Origin: Staphylothermus hellenicus DSM 12710
Lineage (GTDB): Archaea > Thermoproteota > Thermoprotei_A > Sulfolobales > Desulfurococcaceae
Direction of reading: 5' to 3'
Assembly (NCBI RefSeq): GCF_000092465.1
Contig: NC_014205.1
Location: 330,001-362,000, forward strand
DNA: 32,000 bases
Shown piece by piece: positions 24,963 through 32,000 of the stretch; position 1 is the stretch's first letter, and the number at the start of each line of letters is the position of its first letter. Made by a program: the position numbers and the translations under genes. The notes below the pieces were generated by a model that saw nothing but the letters and a program-made list of their open reading frames with translations, had not been told where the DNA came from and ran no database searches.

Positions 24963-25675
24963 TTAAAACGATATGGTTTTATTACATATATACTTGGTGT
25001 CCATTTCAATACTGACTTGATAATAACCATTGGTTTCCCAGCAAATCCTGAATACCTTATTACCAATGCTCTTGACTTTTTCAACCATTCTCTTCGACGC
25101 TTCTATTGCATGTATACTCCATGGACCAGGATCTCCTCCGAAGAAACATGCACATGTCATCTTCTCGTTCACACTATTAACAAGATCCTCCACGCTAAGG
25201 AGGGGTTTCCCCTGAGACGCCGTTTTTCTATATTCCCAGTTTTCACAATATAAACAATCCATATTGTATTAACCATAAAATACTGCAATATTATAATAGC
25301 CTTTTTCTCCATTAGGAGATAATGCGTATTTTGGATAACCCAGCCCGGTTACTGTGGGACATACAGGGTAAGCTACACAATTAGTTGGATGCGGATCATA
25401 ATAATATAAACCAGTAGCTATCCAGGGGCTACCGGTTATGTTCACTAATCGGTTATCCTTATTTAATCTTACACCACAATATCCTCGTTTATTATTTCCA
25501 ATAATACATCCCCTACCACAGATACGCATTTAATACGTTCACGATCAGTAGGTGTAATGGGGGGTAATCGGAATCTATATCTTGATCTCCTATGGGCTTC
25601 TAACGCTATGGGGAGAGCTTGTTCAGGATATTTTCTTAAACAATCAACACAAACTCCAATAGTGTCTGAAACCAA
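24963..25675 (-). pseudogene. Decayed radical-SAM enzyme gene (PflA/AmmeMemo-like activase family)
   Basis: Three consecutive ORF fragments. Fragment 1 (...PPITPTDRERIKC) shifts frame near 25530 into fragment 2 (RICGRGCIIGNNKRGYCGVRLNKDN...AVFYG). An in-frame TAA at 25269-25271 follows, then YNMDCLYCENW. The expected CxxxCxxC has Tyr in place of the first Cys. The ORF ends shortly after the WETNG motif, so the C-terminal half is missing. Confidence 0.7.
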
Positions 25676-25754
25676 TGTATTTTATCGACCAAAGATCCTG
25701 CACTTACCCATTTATTTCTACCATTTATACAAGTATTTTTCCGAGGGTGAATCC

Positions 25755-26309
25755 TTATTGTTTATTGTATGATTTAAGATAATCTCTTATATAGAATGGT
25801 AAGAATGTGAACACTGCTAATAACTCGGGAACAGCTGCTCCTCTCGGAATCCTTAAAGCAAAGTGCATATACCACATCACAATATGGCTTATTATTAGTA
25901 GGACCGCTATCCATGACTTATCCAGTATAGATAATGCTATGAAATATGTTATTATTGATAAGAAAAATAATACTGAGACAAGGAAATGTATCCAACCATA
26001 TACTTCGTCGAAGACACCGATTAAGTTGAGAAAGATGCCCATGGATATGATTAAAGATCCTTTAATCTTGCTCCACATATATAGATTCCTTAAACCCACC
26101 ATGATAATTAGTATTCCGCCGATTGCAAGGCCTAGATTAAATATTGGAGCAGCACCGCTTTTAACAGCGTGTCCTAGATCGCTTAGTGCATTATTCAATA
26201 TATTAAACCATGGCGACACGGAGATGGCTAATGCGATCATTATTAATGGGAAAGAGAAGCTGAGAATAAATATTATTGCATCTATCCATGAGCATTTGTT
26301 TGAAGACAT
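25755..26309 (-). CDS. DUF998-like polytopic membrane protein
   Basis: 184 aa, 6 hydrophobic helices, with the NALSDLGH motif after the first helix. Confidence 0.6.
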   Translation of the reverse strand: MSSNKCSWIDAIIFILSFSFPLIMIALAISVSPWFNILNNALSDLGHAVKSGAAPIFNLGLAIGGILIIMVGLRNLYMWSKIKGSLIISMGIFLNLIGVFDEVYGWIHFLVSVLFFLSIITYFIALSILDKSWIAVLLIISHIVMWYMHFALRIPRGAAVPELLAVFTFLPFYIRDYLKSYNKQ

Positions 26310-26378
26310 AATAGCTTTTCAACCTCCACAACATTAATCTTAGTCTACACATTGTATTTTTGATTAGGGTGTTAATAA

Positions 26379-26897
26379 TTGATCCGCCAAGAATACGATA
26401 TCAGGTTAGAACCTATAGGCATTGTCCATACTAATGCGAGTATTGAGGATATAAAGAATAGTTATATGGGTGTTGAGGGAGTAGTAGAGGTTTTCCCGGA
26501 ATATGAGGAAGGACTTGATAGAATTGAGGGTTTTTCACACATAATAGTAATAGCATATCTACACATGGTATCGGATGAGAATAGGAAAGTCTTAAAGGTT
26601 AGATATAGGAGACTTAGAAGATTCGGTATAGAAATTGATGATTTACCATTAGTAGGAGTATTCTGTACAGATTCTCCGCACAGACCTAACCCGACAGCCT
26701 TATCTATTCTAGAACTAGTTGAGAGAAACGGGAGATTCTTAAAGGTTAGAGGACTAGATCTATATGATGGGACGCCTGTTCTCGATATTAAAGCATATAC
26801 TCCGGATAGATGTATAGAGAACATCAAAGTTCCTTGGTGGGTTAAGAAATTAGAGGAGAGGATTAGGAAAGCATTGGGAGAACTTAAATGGATATAG
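26379..26897 (+). CDS. TsaA/YaeB (TrmO) family SAM-dependent methyltransferase
   Basis: LEPIGIVHT, FSHIIVIAYLH, GVFCTDSPHRPNP and LDLYDGTPVLDIKAY are family signatures. TTG start. Confidence 0.85.
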   Translation: MIRQEYDIRLEPIGIVHTNASIEDIKNSYMGVEGVVEVFPEYEEGLDRIEGFSHIIVIAYLHMVSDENRKVLKVRYRRLRRFGIEIDDLPLVGVFCTDSPHRPNPTALSILELVERNGRFLKVRGLDLYDGTPVLDIKAYTPDRCIENIKVPWWVKKLEERIRKALGELKWI

Positions 26898-26904
26898 TAT
26901 ACGG

Positions 26905-27669
26905 TTGTTTGAAATGATAATTTTCCAGAACGTCTCTAAATATTATGGTGGAACACCTGCATTGAAAAATATCAGTTTACGTATAGAGCCTGGAAAAGTA
27001 AACATATTACTCGGACCTAACGGTAGCGGTAAAACAACACTTATGAAGCTTATTCTGGGAATAATAAAGCCTGATGCTGGGAAGATAAGTGTTTATGGGT
27101 ATGACCCGGTTCAAGACCCAATACCTATAAGAAGAATCACCGGCTACGTGCCCGAAGACGATACATTATATCATAGTCTCCGCGTTAAAGAATACTTAGA
27201 ATTTGTTGCTAGAACATATGGGTTAAAACCAGGTGTTGCTGAAAGAAATATTGAGAGAGTAATTGATGCTTTTATGCTAAGAGATAAAATACATGAATTC
27301 ACAGGATCGCTTAGCCATGGATATAGGAGAAGAGTATTATTAGCTGCAGCATTCATACATGATCCACAAATTTACCTGCTTGACGAACCATTTATAGGAG
27401 TTGATCCTAGGATAGCTAGAGCATTAAAGACTGTGCTTAAGAATAAGGCAAAGAATGGCTATTTAGTTTTATTATCTACTCATGTGTTAGAAATAGCTGA
27501 AGCATTAGCTGATAATATTATCCTACTATATAAGGGAAGAATAATATCTACTGGAAGCCTTAGAGAGGTCTTGGAGAAAGCGAGAACAGAAGGATTAGAG
27601 GAAGCTTTTCTAAGCCTAACCATGTCTAGGCTGCAAGTTGAAGAAATTGTAAAAGCTTTAATGGGTTAA
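26905..27669 (+). CDS. ABC transporter ATP-binding protein
   Basis: Walker A GPNGSGKTT, Q-loop, signature LSHGYRRR, Walker B IYLLDEP, H-loop STH. The start is TTG 26905 or ATG 26914. Confidence 0.9.
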   Translation: MFEMIIFQNVSKYYGGTPALKNISLRIEPGKVNILLGPNGSGKTTLMKLILGIIKPDAGKISVYGYDPVQDPIPIRRITGYVPEDDTLYHSLRVKEYLEFVARTYGLKPGVAERNIERVIDAFMLRDKIHEFTGSLSHGYRRRVLLAAAFIHDPQIYLLDEPFIGVDPRIARALKTVLKNKAKNGYLVLLSTHVLEIAEALADNIILLYKGRIISTGSLREVLEKARTEGLEEAFLSLTMSRLQVEEIVKALMG

Positions 27670-27673
27670 GCCA

Positions 27674-29266
27674 ATGAATATACTGGACCCTGAATCTTTC
27701 TATTTAGCATCAATATTTATCCGGGAAGCAATTTACCGTAGTCTATCCCGTTACCGTGTTAGGAGGGGAATACATGGTTATCTCGTAAAACTCCTGATGC
27801 CTAGTATAGATGATAAAGTATTAGTCTATAATATGAAATGGTTTGTAACGGGGATGATGAGTGGATTATTTATTGGTTTATGGATACCAATAGTATCTTA
27901 TGGTTCAAACCTTGTAGGATTACCTAGTATCTCAAAAGCTTTCATAGCATCCTACCTAATTATGGCTATGCTAATATCTATAGTGATTATTCTAGATCTT
28001 ATATATCAAGTAACAGCTTCAATCCGCGACCTTGGAATAACTAAGCCTATAGAATATATGCCGATCAAGTATGAAAGCATCGAGAAAGCGGCTTCATACA
28101 GTATCATTGTTGGAGGAGGACTAAGTCTCTTATTAGGTACTGGATTATCTATTGGTATAATGGCATCTATTGTTCTAAAATCATTTCCGCCTATGATTAT
28201 GATGCCATTAGGTTTTGCATCATTGGTCTTCTTAGTTTATCCCTTAACAATAATTATTTATTCAAGGATTAAGCCGGGAACTAATTCATTGGTATCTTTA
28301 GCAATATACTTATTTGTTATTATAACAGTATTATCCTTCTACGTATACTTTATGGGTTTAGGCTCTAGATACATGGTTCTCTCAGTTATTAGGGACTACA
28401 TGTTTATTTTCCCAATCCCTTATGTTTATGCTTCAATAAACGGTTTTGATCCGGAATCGACACTGTATTGTCTACTATACTTCGTCATCGGACTTGTATC
28501 TTCACTATATATTCCGAGAAAATACGGAGTTAAAATAATCTGGTTTCAGAGAAAAAGCTACGGTAATAGTAAGAGGATCCTCTCTAGATCGAAGATTATT
28601 ACTTTAGGACTAAAAGATCTATATTTGCTGATCAGGGATCATACTCGGCAAAAACAATTTTATGGCGAATTAGCCGCTGTTCTAACACCTTTATATATTC
28701 CATTATTTAATCCCGCTGTACAATCTTTTCTGAAAGCATTGAATAGTGTTAGTTCAATTGTTCTTATTGGTTTATATGGTTTAATAGCTTATATTTTAGC
28801 AGTGATAACTGTTCCAATCCTTATTTTCGTCGAGGCTGATAGGAATAAGTTACTCTATGCTTATCCGCTTAGTAGGGAAGAAGTTGTTTTAGGAAAAACC
28901 ATTGCCTCAACAATATTGTTTTTTCCAATACCATTTATTTCTCTAATAATTGTATCATTTCTTATCTCGTGGCTGCATGGCTTAATAGTTTTCTATACAT
29001 TTATCTCATACTGGGTTAGCGGAGCATACTTATCTAATTCTCTAATACTTCGTTTTCTCTGGGGTAGACTTGATGCTTGGACAGAGCTTAGTCTGGGTAT
29101 TGTTAGAAGGCTATTATTATTGTTTATTTTATCTATTCCATTAATGTTTTTTACACCTTTGATCTTATTCTTTTTTGTTTTCAAGCCGCAAATAGCACTA
29201 TATTTACTCCTATTATCCCCTCTACCAATCAATATATACGTCGGTATTAGAACCTTAACCACATAG
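27674..29266 (+). CDS. Large polytopic membrane protein, presumptive permease partner of the ABC ATPase
   Basis: 530 aa with more than 12 hydrophobic helices. It starts 4 nt after the ATPase stop. No family motif recognised. Confidence 0.65.
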   Translation: MNILDPESFYLASIFIREAIYRSLSRYRVRRGIHGYLVKLLMPSIDDKVLVYNMKWFVTGMMSGLFIGLWIPIVSYGSNLVGLPSISKAFIASYLIMAMLISIVIILDLIYQVTASIRDLGITKPIEYMPIKYESIEKAASYSIIVGGGLSLLLGTGLSIGIMASIVLKSFPPMIMMPLGFASLVFLVYPLTIIIYSRIKPGTNSLVSLAIYLFVIITVLSFYVYFMGLGSRYMVLSVIRDYMFIFPIPYVYASINGFDPESTLYCLLYFVIGLVSSLYIPRKYGVKIIWFQRKSYGNSKRILSRSKIITLGLKDLYLLIRDHTRQKQFYGELAAVLTPLYIPLFNPAVQSFLKALNSVSSIVLIGLYGLIAYILAVITVPILIFVEADRNKLLYAYPLSREEVVLGKTIASTILFFPIPFISLIIVSFLISWLHGLIVFYTFISYWVSGAYLSNSLILRFLWGRLDAWTELSLGIVRRLLLLFILSIPLMFFTPLILFFFVFKPQIALYLLLLSPLPINIYVGIRTLTT

Positions 29267-29297
29267 ATAAAACATTATGAGTTAATGGTGTGTATTC

Positions 29298-30023
29298 ATG
29301 GCCAGGTTCTGCATATATTGTGGTGCCGAAGATACGCCTGACAATCCAGTTGTTGAAGGTGTTTGTCTACGTTGTAGAATTAAGAGAGGAGAAATAATTG
29401 AGCAGGTTAAGAAAGAGATACGGGTGGATTTCTGCAAGGTTTGCGGAGCTGTGCGAATAGGTTATAAATGGATAGATACGGGTGGTTTTAACGAAGCCCT
29501 ACACCATATTGTTTATAACCTACTAGGCGGGCTTGTTAAACCCGGTATAGGTGTGAGTGATCTGAGAATTGACAGGTACGAGCTTGTAACTAGTGCTTCT
29601 TGGCGAACAGTTGTCAGAGTATATTTTAGAGGTGTTTATGGAGGTAAAGAATTTGTTTATCCATTGGATTTCATTGTTTACTTAAACCCGACAAAGTGTC
29701 CTAGGTGTAAGATGGTTGAGAGCGGAGAGTTTGAAGCAGTTGTTCAAATTAGAGATGTCCAATTCAAGGTTTTAGAGAAAGCTTTAGAGAAAGTTTTCAG
29801 TAGAGATAAGCGTTTAAGACAAGATCTCGTGGACTATATTGAGGTTAAAAACGGTATTGATATCTACTTTTATAATCATGGAGCAGCACGCAAGCTTAGC
29901 CGTAAACTATCTTCTATGCTTGGCTTGGTTGTTAAGGAAAACTATGAAGTAGCAGGTATGAGGAGCGGTAAGCAAAGAGCAAGATTATATGTTAGTTTAA
30001 AACCCAGTAATATATCCCATTGA
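29298..30023 (+). CDS. Archaeal NMD3-family protein (homologue of the 60S export adaptor N-terminal domain)
   Basis: N-terminal Cys pairs CIYCG...CLRCR...CKVCG and later CPRCK. Its length and layout match the NMD3 N-terminal domain. Confidence 0.7.
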   Translation: MARFCIYCGAEDTPDNPVVEGVCLRCRIKRGEIIEQVKKEIRVDFCKVCGAVRIGYKWIDTGGFNEALHHIVYNLLGGLVKPGIGVSDLRIDRYELVTSASWRTVVRVYFRGVYGGKEFVYPLDFIVYLNPTKCPRCKMVESGEFEAVVQIRDVQFKVLEKALEKVFSRDKRLRQDLVDYIEVKNGIDIYFYNHGAARKLSRKLSSMLGLVVKENYEVAGMRSGKQRARLYVSLKPSNISH

Positions 30024-30070
30024 TTTATTATAAAGTTTAGAAATATAAGGGCTTAAGTGGGAAACAATAA

Positions 30071-30613
30071 ATGGTGGATGCCATGGCAAGAAACTTTGAC
30101 AACGCTGACATCAAGCTAATACAAATGCTAACCACTGATGGTAGGACTAGTATTTCTAAGCTCGCGGAAGTAACAGGTTTAAGCTATACAGCTATACGTA
30201 ATAGAATAATCAGACTAATAAACAAGGGCTATCTCGAGATAAAACCATTTGTGAACACAAAAATCCTTGGGAATACTGCTGCTATTATAAGGTTTAGGAC
30301 TAAGAATCCTGAAAAGCTAGCAGAGATCTTATCGAAATGTAATAAGTCACTTGGAGTAATGATTAACCATGATGGAGTAATAGCAATGGTTTATTCCAAG
30401 AATAAAATTGAGATAGCAGCTTTTATAAGCCGTTTAATAAGTCTTGATCCAGATATTGAAGAGTACTATATAGAGTATGGTAAAATACCTAGTAATACTA
30501 TGATTCCCATTAAAAACCCTGCTCCAAGCTGTGAAAACTGTTTATACTACCAATTAAAACTATGCAGTGGATGCTTACCATTATTAAGGATAAAAAATAA
30601 TAATAGGAAATAA
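30071..30613 (+). CDS. Lrp/AsnC-family transcription regulator with extra C-terminal CxxC-x7-CxxC tail
   Basis: HTH DIKLIQMLTTDGRTSISKLAEVTGLSYTAIRNRIIRLINKGYL. RAM-like domain. C-terminal CENCLYYQLKLCSGC (nt ~30530-30574). Confidence 0.8.
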   Translation: MVDAMARNFDNADIKLIQMLTTDGRTSISKLAEVTGLSYTAIRNRIIRLINKGYLEIKPFVNTKILGNTAAIIRFRTKNPEKLAEILSKCNKSLGVMINHDGVIAMVYSKNKIEIAAFISRLISLDPDIEEYYIEYGKIPSNTMIPIKNPAPSCENCLYYQLKLCSGCLPLLRIKNNNRK

Positions 30614-30910
30614 TCAGTAATAAAACGGATTAATTCCCTCCTCGACCCATTCATATATTCTAGGACCGACAATGTCTTCTCCAAGCTTTAAAATATTGTA
30701 AAGGCTGGGGTCTCTTCTGATCTTATAGATTCTCCTCTTATATTCTGGATGCTCATATATTATCATTCGCAGAATCTCCTCTAATAATCTCCTGCCATCA
30801 CTATTCACGTAGTCGCCGTGGAAGAATCTATGATAATTAATAATTAGTTTCCTAAACAAAAACCCTATATCTCTCCCCCACCTCGGTTTCTTACCCATAT
30901 TATCCGCCAT
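30614..30910 (-). CDS. Hypothetical basic protein (98 aa)
   Basis: ATG-initiated ORF with plausible composition. Its stop directly abuts the Lrp gene stop (convergent, zero spacer). No family recognised. Confidence 0.5.
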   Translation of the reverse strand: MADNMGKKPRWGRDIGFLFRKLIINYHRFFHGDYVNSDGRRLLEEILRMIIYEHPEYKRRIYKIRRDPSLYNILKLGEDIVGPRIYEWVEEGINPFYY

Positions 30911-31010
30911 ACAGGATCATTGCGGTGTTTTTAGGGTTATCAAAGAATATAATATATTCTAAGACACAAATATTTCTTATCAGTTAAAAAGAAATATGTA
31001 TGGGTGCTAT

Positions 31011-31691
31011 ATGTTGCGAATAGTATTAATTGGTCCTCCAGGAGCGGGTAAAGGCACGTATGCAAGGTATTTCTCGAAAAAATACTGTATTCCACATATT
31101 AGCACGGGAGACATATTTAGAGAAGAAGTAGCTAAAGGAACAGAGCTTGGAAAAAGAATAAAGGATATACTTGATAGAGGAGAACTAGTGCCTGATGAAA
31201 TAGTTATAGAAATTGTTAGGAAGAGACTACGACAACCAGACACGGCTAAAGGATTTATACTGGACGGCTTTCCCAGAACAATTAGACAGGCAGAAGCACT
31301 AGATGAAATAGCCACGTTAGACGCTGTCATACACATATATATTACTATGGAAGAAGCTGTTAGGAGGCTCAGCAATAGATATATTTGTCCAAAATGTGGA
31401 AGAGTCTATAATTTACTATTTAATCCTCCAAAGAACGATCTTAGATGTGATGATGATGGAACACCCCTTATAAGGAGATCAGATGATGAACCAGAAGTTA
31501 TACGTAGAAGATACAAAATATACTATGAAACATTCCAGCCAATAATTGAATACTATAAGAAAAAGAACCTATTAATAGAAATAGACAATACAATCGGAAG
31601 TGATAAAGGAATACCATTACTGGAAAGAACTCTTATCGATAAAGGCATACTAAAGCTAAAGCCGTGTAATCCAAACGTATCCATTAAGTAG
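31011..31691 (+). CDS. adk: Adenylate kinase, long bacterial/eukaryotic type with Cys-containing LID
   Basis: P-loop IGPPGAGKGT, ISTGDIFR, ILDGFPRT, LID CPKCGRVYN...CDDDG. ATG 31011 (MLRIVLIG) is preferred over 30996. Confidence 0.9.
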   Translation: MLRIVLIGPPGAGKGTYARYFSKKYCIPHISTGDIFREEVAKGTELGKRIKDILDRGELVPDEIVIEIVRKRLRQPDTAKGFILDGFPRTIRQAEALDEIATLDAVIHIYITMEEAVRRLSNRYICPKCGRVYNLLFNPPKNDLRCDDDGTPLIRRSDDEPEVIRRRYKIYYETFQPIIEYYKKKNLLIEIDNTIGSDKGIPLLERTLIDKGILKLKPCNPNVSIK

Positions 31692-31792
31692 GGGAACAAG
31701 GCATCCCAACATAACTAGTTTCTAAAACAAATTATTTTAGAGTTCTTAACCAAACTATTCTAACGAATCATCGCTTAGTGGATGCATAGAAA

Positions 31793-32000
31793 ATGATCAA
31801 CATCATTGTTCGTAGCTCTAAGGATGCTGATGCTGTTAAAGCAACGATTAATAAGTTTTATAGAGACTGGAATATAGGGGTCTACACATTACATGGTGCA
31901 AGAAAAATTGATGATATAAACTATTGGCTCGAAAAAACTATTAGCGATGATAAATTCTATCTCCTACTACTTGGCAGAGAAGAAAAAGATATTGTTGATG
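31793..32000 (+). CDS. Hypothetical protein, N-terminal fragment (runs off right edge)
   Basis: ATG 31793, open for 69 codons to the window end (MINIIVRSSKDADAVKATINKFYRDWNIGVYTLHGARKIDDINYWLEK...). Not in the supplied track because it is open-ended. Confidence 0.4.
   Translation, partial: MINIIVRSSKDADAVKATINKFYRDWNIGVYTLHGARKIDDINYWLEKTISDDKFYLLLLGREEKDIVD

Noticed and set aside
22666-26309. Possibility that the tRNA-Thr marks an integrated element covering the downstream genes (AIM24, DUF1634, TauE, the radical-SAM pseudogene, DUF998)
   Set aside because: I found no integrase or recombinase, no direct repeat of the tRNA 3' end by eye, and no compositional shift. The genes are ordinary housekeeping or membrane functions.
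25807-26337. 176-aa + strand ORF opposite the DUF998-like gene
   Set aside because: The - strand frame gives regular hydrophobic helices and a family-like SDLG motif with an ATG start. The + frame is a shadow ORF.
1-32000. CRISPR arrays, transposases/IS elements and toxin-antitoxin or other defence modules
   Set aside because: I saw no regularly spaced direct repeats, no terminal inverted repeats flanking ORFs, and no nuclease, integrase or Cas-like motifs in any of the translated frames.

Overview
AT-rich (about 35% GC by eye) archaeal chromosomal segment. It looks crenarchaeal and Desulfurococcales-like: a tRNA carries a canonical bulge-helix-bulge intron, C/D-box sRNAs are present, priL, an archaeal NMD3 homologue and Lrp/AsnC are encoded, GTG/TTG starts are frequent, and GC-rich islands occur only where RNAs are encoded. 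The taxon is inference. I support about 36 protein genes, 1 intron-containing tRNA-Thr(UGU), 4 candidate small structured RNAs, 1 decayed radical-SAM pseudogene and a few regulatory sites. No CRISPR array, transposase, integrase or recognisable defence genes were seen. Four observations stand out. (1) At 13.9-19.0 kb, five genes encode a MetF-like reductase, a core-MetE-like zinc thiol methyltransferase, a B12-binding corrinoid protein, a RACE-type ATP-dependent reductive activator and an MtrH-like pterin methyltransferase. Together these would form a split, MetH-like corrinoid methyl-transfer pathway in a non-methanogen. (2) At 2.6-6.6 kb, a cell-surface cluster is centred on a single-pass membrane protein whose cytoplasmic C-terminus is a winged-HTH. 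Its ectodomain is paralogous to the adjacent Thr-rich-stalk surface protein, and a GTTCCA repeat/palindrome array sits in the upstream divergent promoter. (3) Three GC-rich RNA loci have C/D (K-turn) termini but carry hairpins where guides are expected. Two of them share the variant 5' box GAUGAAGAAG. (4) A radical-SAM gene carries a frameshift, an in-frame stop, a lost cluster cysteine and a 3' truncation. All functional calls come from motif recognition by eye; no database searches were run.
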